64,000 bases of DNA. It comes from Candidatus Saccharimonadota bacterium. GTDB lineage: Bacteria; Patescibacteriota; Saccharimonadia; Saccharimonadales; VXPC01. Location of the stretch: the NCBI GenBank assembly GCA_026707815.1, contig JAPOWB010000009.1, positions 6,752 through 70,751 on the forward strand. The letters are read 5' to 3'. The notes below the pieces were generated by a model that saw only the letters and a list, made by a program, of their open reading frames with translations, was not told where the DNA came from and ran no database searches. A program made the position numbers and the translations under genes. This document shows, piece after piece, positions 41,154 to 49,466 of this stretch (the first letter of the stretch is position 1; the number at the start of each line of letters is the position of its first letter).

Positions 41154-41372
41154 ATGGCAAAAAAAACTAAAAAGAAGGCTAAAAATCGACGTTCATTAGT
41201 TGCTTTAATCAGTGAGGCGACTGGTCATCGTTATATTATTCGCAAAAATAACCTGAATACGCCTGATAAATTAAAGAGACGAAAGTATGATCCCTTGATT
41301 CGCAAAACTGTCATGTATACTGAAGTTAATAAGAATCTTGGTCGCAACGAAGTTAAACCACGTAAAAAATAA
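41154..41372 (+). CDS. rpmG: 50S ribosomal protein L33 (Cys-less form, extended C-terminus)
   Basis: [44 protein letters not shown] matches the L33 pattern without the CxxC pairs. Confidence 0.8.
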   Translation: MAKKTKKKAKNRRSLVALISEATGHRYIIRKNNLNTPDKLKRRKYDPLIRKTVMYTEVNKNLGRNEVKPRKK

Positions 41373-41380
41373 ATCTCTCC

Positions 41381-41704
41381 ATGAATACTATTGCCAATAC
41401 TCAAAAAATTAGAATAAGGCTTAAGGCTTACGATTATAAAATTATTGATCAATCAGCCAAAAAGATTATTGATACAGCCTTAAGAGCTGGAGCTAAGGTA
41501 AATGGTCCAATTCCACTGCCAACCAAACGAACAACTTATACGGTGGTTAAGAGTCCTCATGTCTTTAAAAAGGGGCGGGAACAATTTGAAATGAGAATTC
41601 ATAAGCGTTTAATTGATATTTCCTCAATTACTTCTAAAACTATCGACAATCTGACTCATCTATCTTTACCAGCCGGTTGTGACATTGAGATAAAAATGTT
41701 TTGA
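41381..41704 (+). CDS. rpsJ: 30S ribosomal protein S10
   Basis: [43 protein letters not shown]...[23 protein letters not shown]. Confidence 0.95.
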   Translation: MNTIANTQKIRIRLKAYDYKIIDQSAKKIIDTALRAGAKVNGPIPLPTKRTTYTVVKSPHVFKKGREQFEMRIHKRLIDISSITSKTIDNLTHLSLPAGCDIEIKMF

Positions 41705-41758
41705 TAAATATTTTCACAATTCAGAACATTCTCTTATAAAGTATATAATTAGACAAAA

Positions 41759-41834
41759 AGGGGAGTAGCTCAGATGGCAGAGCATTGGTCTCCAAAACCA
41801 AAGGTCGCAGGTTCGATCCCTGTCTCCCCTGCCA
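41759..41834 (+). tRNA. tRNA-Trp (anticodon CCA), CCA end encoded
   Basis: Acceptor AGGGGAG/CTCCCCT, anticodon stem TTGGT/ACCAA with loop CTCCAAA, T-arm GCAGG-TTCGATC-CCTGT. Confidence 0.93.
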
Positions 41835-42027
41835 GATCAAATGTTTCCTCGAATTTCGGCAAAAAGATTAGGTTTACATCTGTAAAAATTGACGCGCCAG
41901 GGGTTGCACCGACCAGCTGGAGTAAGTCGGCAACTTATCGAAAATGGTTTGCAAGACTGAGCCTTTGAATGCTACCCGTTAGATTTTAGCAGACTCTGTT
42001 ACTATTATCCATGACGCAACTACCTCG

Positions 42028-42081
42028 AATTGCGACATTAAGTGCTACAATCTATTTATAATTGCGACATTAAGTGCTACA
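42028..42081 (+). repeat. two perfect 22-bp direct repeats (aattgcgacattaagtgctaca), 32-bp period
   Basis: Copies at 42028-42049 and 42060-42081, read directly, ending 11 nt before the ATG at 42093. Confidence 0.9.
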
Positions 42082-42092
42082 CTTGTGATATT

Positions 42093-43694
42093 ATGGACAA
42101 TCCCCAGATAAATATACTCATCAAATATTTGCTCCAATCAGATCAGGCTGTAAAAGATCTAGCTGTTTATACCGATTACAAGCGGCGTATTTGGGATTCT
42201 GTCAATCAATATGTACAACGTTTTTTGTCACATCGAACTAACCAATGGATTATCATTCCAGGCCTACGGGGGGTAGGTAAAACCACATTGTTAGCCCAGC
42301 TCTATAATCACCTATCCTTGGTGGGAAATAAAACTAGCAGATTTTATTTCTCTTTGGAGCAATTATCCTTAATAGGCGCGTCTATCAATGATCTCGTGGA
42401 AGCTTTTAAGTTTTTGCGTCAGGAGCATCCCGAGCGGATGTTTTTTATCTTCCTAGATGAGGTGCACTCTGACCCCCAGTGGTCTTTGGGTTGCAAAATT
42501 ATTTTTGATCAAATACCGAATTCTTTTCTTGTCTGCACGGGTTCCTCGGCTTTAAGTTTGCGTTTAAACCCGGACAGCGCCAGGAGGGCTCGTCTTATCA
42601 AAATGTATCCCCTGAGCCTTGCAGAATTCGTAGCCATCAGACAAAGTCAAGGGGATGTAAGTCAGGCGCATCTTCCAGCAAGCAACCTAAGTCACAAGTT
42701 GCGTACCGCTTTATTTGAATCACGCACAATTATAGAAGTCTACGAAGGATTACTAAGCTGTCGTAAATTCGTAGACCACTACTACAATAGCCTTGGTCAA
42801 ACGGGGTTCTTGGGCAAAATGACTGCTGATGAATCAGCTTCTTCTCAGTTAATCGAAGAATATATCAACGGCTATGGAACTCTGCCGTTTTTCAGCCTTC
42901 CAAAGTATGTAAACCAACAAATAGGGCTGCTACCTACGGGAACAAGCGGTCGGACTGATGAACACGATAAAGGGGAGATTCGGGAAGTGATTTTGCAAAC
43001 CGTGGAACAAACATTAACAGGGGATACCTTGAAACTGTTAGCTGGGCAAAGCAGTGACGCTAGGGTGAATTTCCAGCTTCAAGCTTCAACGATCAATCTC
43101 TTGCCTAAGTTAATTCGCATCTTGGCAAACAGTGAGCGCATTAGCTTAAGGACGATCGCCACAAAATTGGAGGACACCCACCAAAAAACTTTGGGTGTAA
43201 TGCTCAAGGTTCTAATTATGAGCGACCTGATCTCGGAAGTATCGCCCCTCGGATCCCATCTAGGTCGGAGTACCAAAACTCCTAAATATCTCTTTGGCGC
43301 ACCAGCGCTTAGGCAAGCATTAGTACCCCTTAATTCGTCAAAAGGAATTAGCGCAACCAATCATCAAAGCGGGCAATTGAGGGGTAGATTGTTAGAAGAC
43401 ACCGTCGTTATGTACTTGGAGCGTATTTTTGGCAAACTTTCCGAAAAAAGAATCATCGAGTACGATTCTCGGTCCGGCGGTGCAGATTTTGTTGTTACAC
43501 CTCCGGCCACAAATCGGGATCAGATAGTGGTCGAAGTGGGTTATGGAAAGAAAACATCTGTCCAAGCCAAACAAACCCTGCAAAACGTTAATGGCTTATA
43601 TGGCCTAGTAATCACATCATCGGTAACTAGGCCGGAAATTGATACGAATAATAACTCTGTATATGCACCTTTATCGTATTTCTTGCTTACTTGA
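42093..43694 (+). CDS. P-loop ATPase (AAA_14-like) with C-terminal DUF4143 / PD-(D/E)xK-like module (COG1373 type)
   Basis: Walker A GLRGVGKTTLL and Walker B FIFLDEVH. The C-terminus GGADFVV...IVVEVGYGKK resembles a restriction-endonuclease-fold motif. Confidence 0.82.
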   Translation: MDNPQINILIKYLLQSDQAVKDLAVYTDYKRRIWDSVNQYVQRFLSHRTNQWIIIPGLRGVGKTTLLAQLYNHLSLVGNKTSRFYFSLEQLSLIGASINDLVEAFKFLRQEHPERMFFIFLDEVHSDPQWSLGCKIIFDQIPNSFLVCTGSSALSLRLNPDSARRARLIKMYPLSLAEFVAIRQSQGDVSQAHLPASNLSHKLRTALFESRTIIEVYEGLLSCRKFVDHYYNSLGQTGFLGKMTADESASSQLIEEYINGYGTLPFFSLPKYVNQQIGLLPTGTSGRTDEHDKGEIREVILQTVEQTLTGDTLKLLAGQSSDARVNFQLQASTINLLPKLIRILANSERISLRTIATKLEDTHQKTLGVMLKVLIMSDLISEVSPLGSHLGRSTKTPKYLFGAPALRQALVPLNSSKGISATNHQSGQLRGRLLEDTVVMYLERIFGKLSEKRIIEYDSRSGGADFVVTPPATNRDQIVVEVGYGKKTSVQAKQTLQNVNGLYGLVITSSVTRPEIDTNNNSVYAPLSYFLLT

Positions 43695-43797
43695 CACTCC
43701 GGTCATAAAATCTCCAGCCCTGACATTTGGGGCAATGCGCATATGTAAGAATTCCGGAATCGTCCCTTAACGCCTGCCAGAACGCTAAGAAGTCCGA

Positions 43798-44802
43798 CTA
43801 GCCCAGTTTGTTCTTGATTTCCGCTAGGGTGAAACGTTGGTTCTGCAACTGGCGTATCCGCTTGGCGCGCTTGACTGCCGAGGGGGCGTAGAGGCGGTAT
43901 TTGGACGGCAGCATATCGGCTGGCGGCAGTAAGCCTTGGTCGGTCCAATACCTCAGGGTTGAAACCGGCTCTTCACTGAGACGGGCTAGTTCGCCGATTT
44001 TCAAGAGCTTGGCTTCGGCCGGGGCAGGGGAGTCCGGTTGCAAATGCGAGTCCAGCGAGCGCTCAATAGCTCGCAGGATAAAGATATGGAAGGACTCCGT
44101 TGCACCTTTTGTCTGAATGTTTTCCAAAAGCCGCAAATAGGTCAGGCGATCTTCTTTGCGGATGACTGCCGGCGGCCAGCCGTCCTGCAAAAGCAACAAA
44201 TTCATCAGCAGTCGGGCAGTCGGGCCGTTGCCGTCGACAAAAGGGTGGATACTGACGAGCTGCAGATGTGCTTGGGAAGCCTTGAGGCAAATATGTGCTT
44301 TGCTGCTTCCGATTTCTTCGACCATCTCGTCCAGCATGGACGAAACGCGACGCCAGTTCGGAAAGACGGTTGCCGATCCGGCCACTCTGACAGGCATGCG
44401 ACGCAGGCGACCGGCGTTCGTGCTATCAATCTTGTCTAAAACTAGGTGGTGAATTGCCAGAATAAGCTTGGCATCCACGTCCTGGGTTGTGGTCTTATTG
44501 GCGAATTGCCAAATATAATCAACCGCTTGGGCATGATTAACGGCTTCTAGGTGTTCAGTCAGGCTTTTGCCGGCGACTGAGAGATTCTTGCCGACGATCA
44601 AGGCCGTCTGTCGGCGATCCAAAGTATTGCCCTCTAGGGCATTGCTAGTATAGGTAAGCTCAACCTTGTACCATTCTTGCAAATTGACCAGCTGCTCCTT
44701 GGGTGCAGACAACTGCTGCAACCGCTTCTTCTTGCTGTCCAGCCTTTTCAGAATATCATCCATAACTATGGTACTCTCAAGTATCACTTTAGAGTTTACC
44801 AA
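43798..44802 (-). CDS. Fic-domain protein fused to a C-terminal MerR-type HTH
   Basis: Fic motif HPFVDGNGPTARLL and upstream inhibitory-helix motif TSNALEGN. The C-terminus LKIGELARLSEEPVSTLRYWTDQGLL is MerR-like. The gene is visibly GC-rich. Confidence 0.85.
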   Translation of the reverse strand: MVNSKVILESTIVMDDILKRLDSKKKRLQQLSAPKEQLVNLQEWYKVELTYTSNALEGNTLDRRQTALIVGKNLSVAGKSLTEHLEAVNHAQAVDYIWQFANKTTTQDVDAKLILAIHHLVLDKIDSTNAGRLRRMPVRVAGSATVFPNWRRVSSMLDEMVEEIGSSKAHICLKASQAHLQLVSIHPFVDGNGPTARLLMNLLLLQDGWPPAVIRKEDRLTYLRLLENIQTKGATESFHIFILRAIERSLDSHLQPDSPAPAEAKLLKIGELARLSEEPVSTLRYWTDQGLLPPADMLPSKYRLYAPSAVKRAKRIRQLQNQRFTLAEIKNKLG

Positions 44803-44880
44803 ATAGGCTCCAGTGTGTCAAGACCTATGCCAGAATGTATCTCGCAGGAAATTGCCCCTCTGTTTTGCAAGGGGGAAAGG

Positions 44881-44910
44881 ATAATCTATTATAATCTAAT
44901 ATAATCTAAT
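44881..44910 (+). repeat. three tandem 10-bp units (ataatctatt ataatctaat ataatctaat)
   Basis: Read directly. The array ends 5 nt before the ATG at 44916 and lies in the divergent Fic-Fic intergenic region. Each junction creates a TATAAT. Confidence 0.85.
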
Positions 44911-44915
44911 ATATA

Positions 44916-45995
44916 ATGAGTGATAGATTCTTAAATTTTAATTTTATCATGGATTATGACAAATTACTTGAATCCCTGCCAACCAGTTTAATAGGCGCAA
45001 TCGCCCGGATTGACGAATTGAAGGGTAGGTGGATCGGTGGATGCGACTTAAGTCCGCGGACTGTCGAGAATCTGCGACGTTCAACTCTGATAACTTCCGC
45101 TGGAGCGTCGACGCGTATTGAAGGATCAAAAATGACCGATAAAGACATTGAGGATTACTTGTCGGGACTGAAGATTCAAAAGTTCGCCGAGCGAGACCGT
45201 CAAGAGGTGAGTGGCTATCATGAAACCTTGGAGCTAATCTTTAATCAATACCAAGAACTGGCTTGGACAGAAAACAATATCAAATACCTACACACCCGAC
45301 TGCTACAGTACTCAGCTAAAAATGAAAATCATCGTGGCAATTATAAAACGATAGACAATCGCATCGAAGCAGTTGATGCGAACGGCAAATTGATTTCGGT
45401 CATTTTTGAAACTACTCCAGTTTATTTAGTTGGCAAGGAGATGTCGGAATTGATTGACTGGTCGCAATCGGCTGAGCGGCATCACCCTCTGCTAGTTTTA
45501 TCCGTCTTTACCATCAGTTTTTTGAAAATTCATCCCTTTTTGGACGGAAACGGTCGGCTATCGCGACTTTTGACCAACCAGTGGCTGCTAAGACATGGCT
45601 ACGACTACACTCCATTTGTTTCTCACGAGAAGCTGATTGAAGATTCCAAAGCTGACTATTACCGAACGCTCAGAGACAGTCAAATAACTTTCGGTCGAGC
45701 TGATGAATCAGTTGGCGCTTGGACTGAATATTTTCTCAGAATTTTGTTGTTCCAAGCTCAAAAAGCTGTTGATCTGCTTGATGTCACCAGAATTGAGGAC
45801 GAGCTATCGCCTAAGCAATTGGCTATCTGGCAGTATTTGAGCCGAGTTGATCAAGCGACTCCTGGGCAAATCAGCAAGGAAATTCAGGTCGCTCGCATGA
45901 CGGTCAGCCAAGCCTTGACCAAGTTGCTTGGCTTGGGTCTAATTGTCCGTCTCGGTCAAGGACGAACAACTTCTTACCGCCGAAGGGTTAGATAA
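44916..45995 (+). CDS. Fic-domain protein fused to a C-terminal winged-helix (MarR-like) domain
   Basis: Fic motif HPFLDGNGRLSRLL and inhibitory-helix motif STRIEGS. C-terminus is QISKEIQVARMTVSQALTKLLGLGLIVRLGQGRTTSY. An alternative start exists at 44949. Confidence 0.85.
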   Translation: MSDRFLNFNFIMDYDKLLESLPTSLIGAIARIDELKGRWIGGCDLSPRTVENLRRSTLITSAGASTRIEGSKMTDKDIEDYLSGLKIQKFAERDRQEVSGYHETLELIFNQYQELAWTENNIKYLHTRLLQYSAKNENHRGNYKTIDNRIEAVDANGKLISVIFETTPVYLVGKEMSELIDWSQSAERHHPLLVLSVFTISFLKIHPFLDGNGRLSRLLTNQWLLRHGYDYTPFVSHEKLIEDSKADYYRTLRDSQITFGRADESVGAWTEYFLRILLFQAQKAVDLLDVTRIEDELSPKQLAIWQYLSRVDQATPGQISKEIQVARMTVSQALTKLLGLGLIVRLGQGRTTSYRRRVR

Positions 45996-46518
45996 AAGCA
46001 GAACTCTAGCCTAGGTGATAAATGAATTGTAAATAACTTTATGGTAAATTTGGCTTAGATCCTCATAAGAGAGAGTCCGCTCATTATATAGATCCAAGCA
46101 CAACAAAGAGAGTCGGTGACGATTGCAATTCTGAATGATCTGCACATTGCCTTCGAACTAGAATATCATTGCTTGCAAGAATTATTATCGTGGGATAGAT
46201 ATTTTGTATCTAAATGCTATTGTAAGGTTTTTAGATTATATTAATTTTAAATTATAGACAACAGAGTTTTTTGATGGATATCTACTACTAATGAAAATCA
46301 GGGTGATTAACATTGCAAAAGGTACATTGATTCCAATTCAATTGAACTTTGACATATCAATATTTAATAGCCTTTTAGATATTAATAATCAATGATGCTA
46401 GTCTTTTCGAGTAAGGGTTATGATAAGCTATAGGTTAGTTAATCTTGATAATAAATAATATTAAAAGCCAGTTATGAAGCAACGGTCAACAATAATAATT
46501 ATTTCGATAGTCGGAGGG

Positions 46519-46974
46519 TTAGCCCTTGTTAACTAACTGGCGATAAAGTCTACTCGCTTGTTTGTTTATGTCGCTACTAAAATGATGGTAATCAGCAGAC
46601 TTAATCAACTCACCAGTTTTAAATCTATAGATAGATAGCAATCGGCTAAATGCTTCTCTAAATTCTTTGCCATGTTCGTCTTTAAGCTCAACAACACTCT
46701 GTGCTAATTTATGGATTATAATCTCTCTTTGTTTTTTAATATTTAATTTAGCTAATGTAGTGCTTAATTTTATATATACTTGGGGATATGCTGGGTTATA
46801 CCCACCATCCTTCATGCCCTTATACCACTTAAAGCTACGCCCTAAAGCAGTAGCATCATAAGATACGCCCCAAGTTATAGGCATATCACCTAACTCGGCT
46901 TTTAAAAGAGCCTCTATTCTACTGGCTTCAGCTAGTAGCTTATCAATCTGTTTCTGTTTAACTCTTTTAGCCAT
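46519..46974 (-). CDS. hypothetical protein, possibly a degenerate SprT-like fold (HKLAQ in place of HExxH)
   Basis: 151-aa ORF. The pattern W-G-x-S...LGR...I-K-L-S...IIHKLAQ...H resembles SprT/DUF45 topology without the catalytic Glu. Confidence 0.5.
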   Translation of the reverse strand: MAKRVKQKQIDKLLAEASRIEALLKAELGDMPITWGVSYDATALGRSFKWYKGMKDGGYNPAYPQVYIKLSTTLAKLNIKKQREIIIHKLAQSVVELKDEHGKEFREAFSRLLSIYRFKTGELIKSADYHHFSSDINKQASRLYRQLVNKG

Positions 46975-47082
46975 TGTCTTTTTTAGCTTTGGATAATTTA
47001 ATTAGCAAATCGCCCTTTAATTCTTTTAGATAATCAGCATAAAAAATCCTAATTAAAGGGGGTTATTAGGGTTATATACTTT

Positions 47083-48024
47083 TTATGGGGTAAAAATCAA
47101 ATTACCATCTGCATCATAGCGTTCAGTAGCAGTCAAAATACCATCAGCACTATAGTATTCTGCTTTAATCAAATTACCATCAGCATTGTATTCATACTGA
47201 ACATACCCCTGTGAATTACCATCTGCATAATATTCTTCGTATTTAATCACATTACCATCTGCATCATACCATTCAGCACCAATCAACCTATCATTAGCAT
47301 TATAGCGTTCTCTTTTAATCCTATTACCATCAGCATTGTATTCAGACTTATTATATCCCCTTAAATTACCATCAGCACCATAGTCTTCCCTTTTAATCAC
47401 ATTACCATCAGCATCACAAATATATTTTCTAGTATCTGTATCTTTGGGACATTCTGTTTTATCTTTGGGGGCATCAACTGGAGCTTTATCAACTGGCTTT
47501 ACTTCATCTTTTACTTCATCATCACCAATCTCATTACCATCTGCATCATAAAGTTCTGTCTTAATCTGATTACCATCAGCGTCATAGCGTTCTGTCTTAA
47601 TCTGATTACCATCAGCATCATATTCATATTTGATATACCCCCCTAAATTACTATCGGCATCATAGTATTCTCTTTTAATTAAATTACCATCAGCACCATA
47701 GTATTCTCTTTTAATTAAATTACCATCAGCGTCATATTCATATAGGCGATAACTTGTTAAACTACCACCTGCATTATAGTCCTCTCTTTTAATCTCATTA
47801 CCATCAGCGTCATATTTAAACTTGGTATATCCTTCTGAATTGCCATCAGCATCATGCCATTCAGCTTTAATCAAATTACCATCTGCATCACAAATATATT
47901 TGTTGGTATCTGTATCTTTAGGGCATTCAGCTACCTCTTTACTAGTCAAAGCATGGATGGTTATACCTATCCCAAGCAGTAAGACAATGATACTGGTAAG
48001 AATAATGATTAGCTTTTTATTCAT
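47083..48024 (-). CDS. small membrane-anchored YD-repeat (Rhs-like) protein with internal two-fold duplication
   Basis: 313 aa. N-terminal TM helix, then about 20 copies of Y-[DG]-A-D-G-N-x-I-K-x-E. ECPKDTDT[NR]KYICDADGN occurs twice. Confidence 0.8.
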   Translation of the reverse strand: MNKKLIIILTSIIVLLLGIGITIHALTSKEVAECPKDTDTNKYICDADGNLIKAEWHDADGNSEGYTKFKYDADGNEIKREDYNAGGSLTSYRLYEYDADGNLIKREYYGADGNLIKREYYDADSNLGGYIKYEYDADGNQIKTERYDADGNQIKTELYDADGNEIGDDEVKDEVKPVDKAPVDAPKDKTECPKDTDTRKYICDADGNVIKREDYGADGNLRGYNKSEYNADGNRIKRERYNANDRLIGAEWYDADGNVIKYEEYYADGNSQGYVQYEYNADGNLIKAEYYSADGILTATERYDADGNLIFTP

Positions 48025-48045
48025 TGATTATAAGTATATCTCACA

Positions 48046-48351
48046 TCACTCATTTAAAGCCTCTAATACTTTGACTTTAGCCATATGTAAAAAATTAAGA
48101 TAGCCGTCAAAGGATAAGTCTAAAAACTCTTGGCTACCCTCTATAACTTCAATCTCGGGCGGTAAGTTTTTAAGCATATCATCTAAAGCCTCTGCTTTTA
48201 AGGGCTTCATAACATCAGTCATAAAGGCATTATAATCAGCCTTGCCTAATTTTCTAATTAACTCAAAATAAAGATATCTCAAAAAGCAGAAAATATAAGC
48301 AATAAAATAAGTAGTGTAAATTGATAAAAAGCCTTCGTCTTTTTTGATCAA
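48046..48351 (-). CDS. hypothetical protein
   Basis: 101-aa ORF with TTG start, immediately upstream of the YD-repeat gene on the same strand. Confidence 0.35.
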   Translation of the reverse strand: MIKKDEGFLSIYTTYFIAYIFCFLRYLYFELIRKLGKADYNAFMTDVMKPLKAEALDDMLKNLPPEIEVIEGSQEFLDLSFDGYLNFLHMAKVKVLEALNE

Positions 48352-48392
48352 AGTAAGATATAATTGAATCAGTTATTAGCAGTATTAAATAA

Positions 48393-49466
48393 ATGAATAT
48401 GCTCTTAGATTCTTCCTTCAAGCTAGGTTACAATGATGTACTTCTAAGACCTAAAAGATCAGCTCTGGGTAGCCGCAAAGAAGTTAATATACATAGAGAA
48501 TTAAAATTCAAACATTCTCAACACACCTTTGAAGGTTTACCAATTATAGCCTCAAATATGGATGGAGTAGGAACATTTAAAATGGCACAAACATTGTCAA
48601 AATATAAGATGCTAACTGCTCTAACAAAACATTTAGAAATTGATGATTTAATTAACCATTTTAAAAAAGATAATCAATATACAATTTACTCCTTAGGTAT
48701 TAAGGATGAAGATTTCCAAAAATTTAAAGCAGTTAATCAAGCAGTTACAATTAAATGGGTGTGCATTGATGTTGCTAATGGTTACTCAGAGAGGTTTATT
48801 GACTTTGTAGCTAATTTTAGACAAGAATTTCCAGATAAAATTATTATTGCTGGTAATGTCGCCACATCAGATATTACCGAAGAATTAATTCTCAAAGGAG
48901 CTGACATTGTCAAGGTTGGCATCGGTCCAGGATCTGCCTGCACAACCCGTATAGTTACAGGAATAGGGGTTCCTCAACTATCAGCAGTTATCGAATGTGC
49001 TGACGCCGCTCATGGTTTGGGAGGTTTAATTATTGCAGATGGTGGTTGCAATACAACTGGCGATATTGTTAAAGCTTTTGCTGGAGGTGGAGACTTTGTC
49101 ATGCTGGGTGGTTTTTTGGCTGGAACAGACCAAAGTCAAAAAGAAGTTATTGAAAAAAAGTTTATAACTTCTCAAGTTGATAATAATAATCAGATTATTT
49201 ATGAAACTAAAAAGTTTATTCAATTTTATGGCATGTCATCAGAAACAGCTAATAAGAAATATAGTGATGGTATCAAAGATTATAAAACTTCTGAAGGCAG
49301 GGAAGTTCTAGTCGATTATAAAGGTTCTGTTGACAAAATAGTCCAACAAATCATTGGGGGATTGCGATCAGCCTGCACTTATGTAGGGGCTATTAATTTA
49401 AAAGTCTTGCCCAGATGTGCTACCTTTGTCCGTTGCAATAACACGCATAATAAAATATTGGAATAA
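48393..49466 (+). CDS. guaC: GMP reductase
   Basis: 357-aa IMPDH/GMPR-family barrel without a CBS insert. N-terminus is GuaC-like, and the active-site loop [11 protein letters not shown] is present. Confidence 0.85.
   Translation: MNMLLDSSFKLGYNDVLLRPKRSALGSRKEVNIHRELKFKHSQHTFEGLPIIASNMDGVGTFKMAQTLSKYKMLTALTKHLEIDDLINHFKKDNQYTIYSLGIKDEDFQKFKAVNQAVTIKWVCIDVANGYSERFIDFVANFRQEFPDKIIIAGNVATSDITEELILKGADIVKVGIGPGSACTTRIVTGIGVPQLSAVIECADAAHGLGGLIIADGGCNTTGDIVKAFAGGGDFVMLGGFLAGTDQSQKEVIEKKFITSQVDNNNQIIYETKKFIQFYGMSSETANKKYSDGIKDYKTSEGREVLVDYKGSVDKIVQQIIGGLRSACTYVGAINLKVLPRCATFVRCNNTHNKILE

Noticed and set aside
43079-44904. Stack of overlapping ORFs on both strands (43079-43360, 43392-43583, 43703-43948, 43901-44116, 44038-44439, 44063-44290, 44156-44452, 44205-44429, 44677-44904).
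   Set aside because: These are shadow ORFs produced by the high GC content of the foreign cassette. The real genes (ATPase, Fic) carry clear motifs in other frames.
46011-46145. 44-aa GTG-initiated minus-strand ORF (VQIIQNCNRHRLSLLCLDLYNERTLSYEDLSQIYHKVIYNSFIT) at the right edge of the GC-rich cassette. It could be a remnant of a recombinase or transposase HTH.
   Set aside because: It is too short, and the resemblance to an HTH is only impressionistic. I cannot support it without a translated database search.
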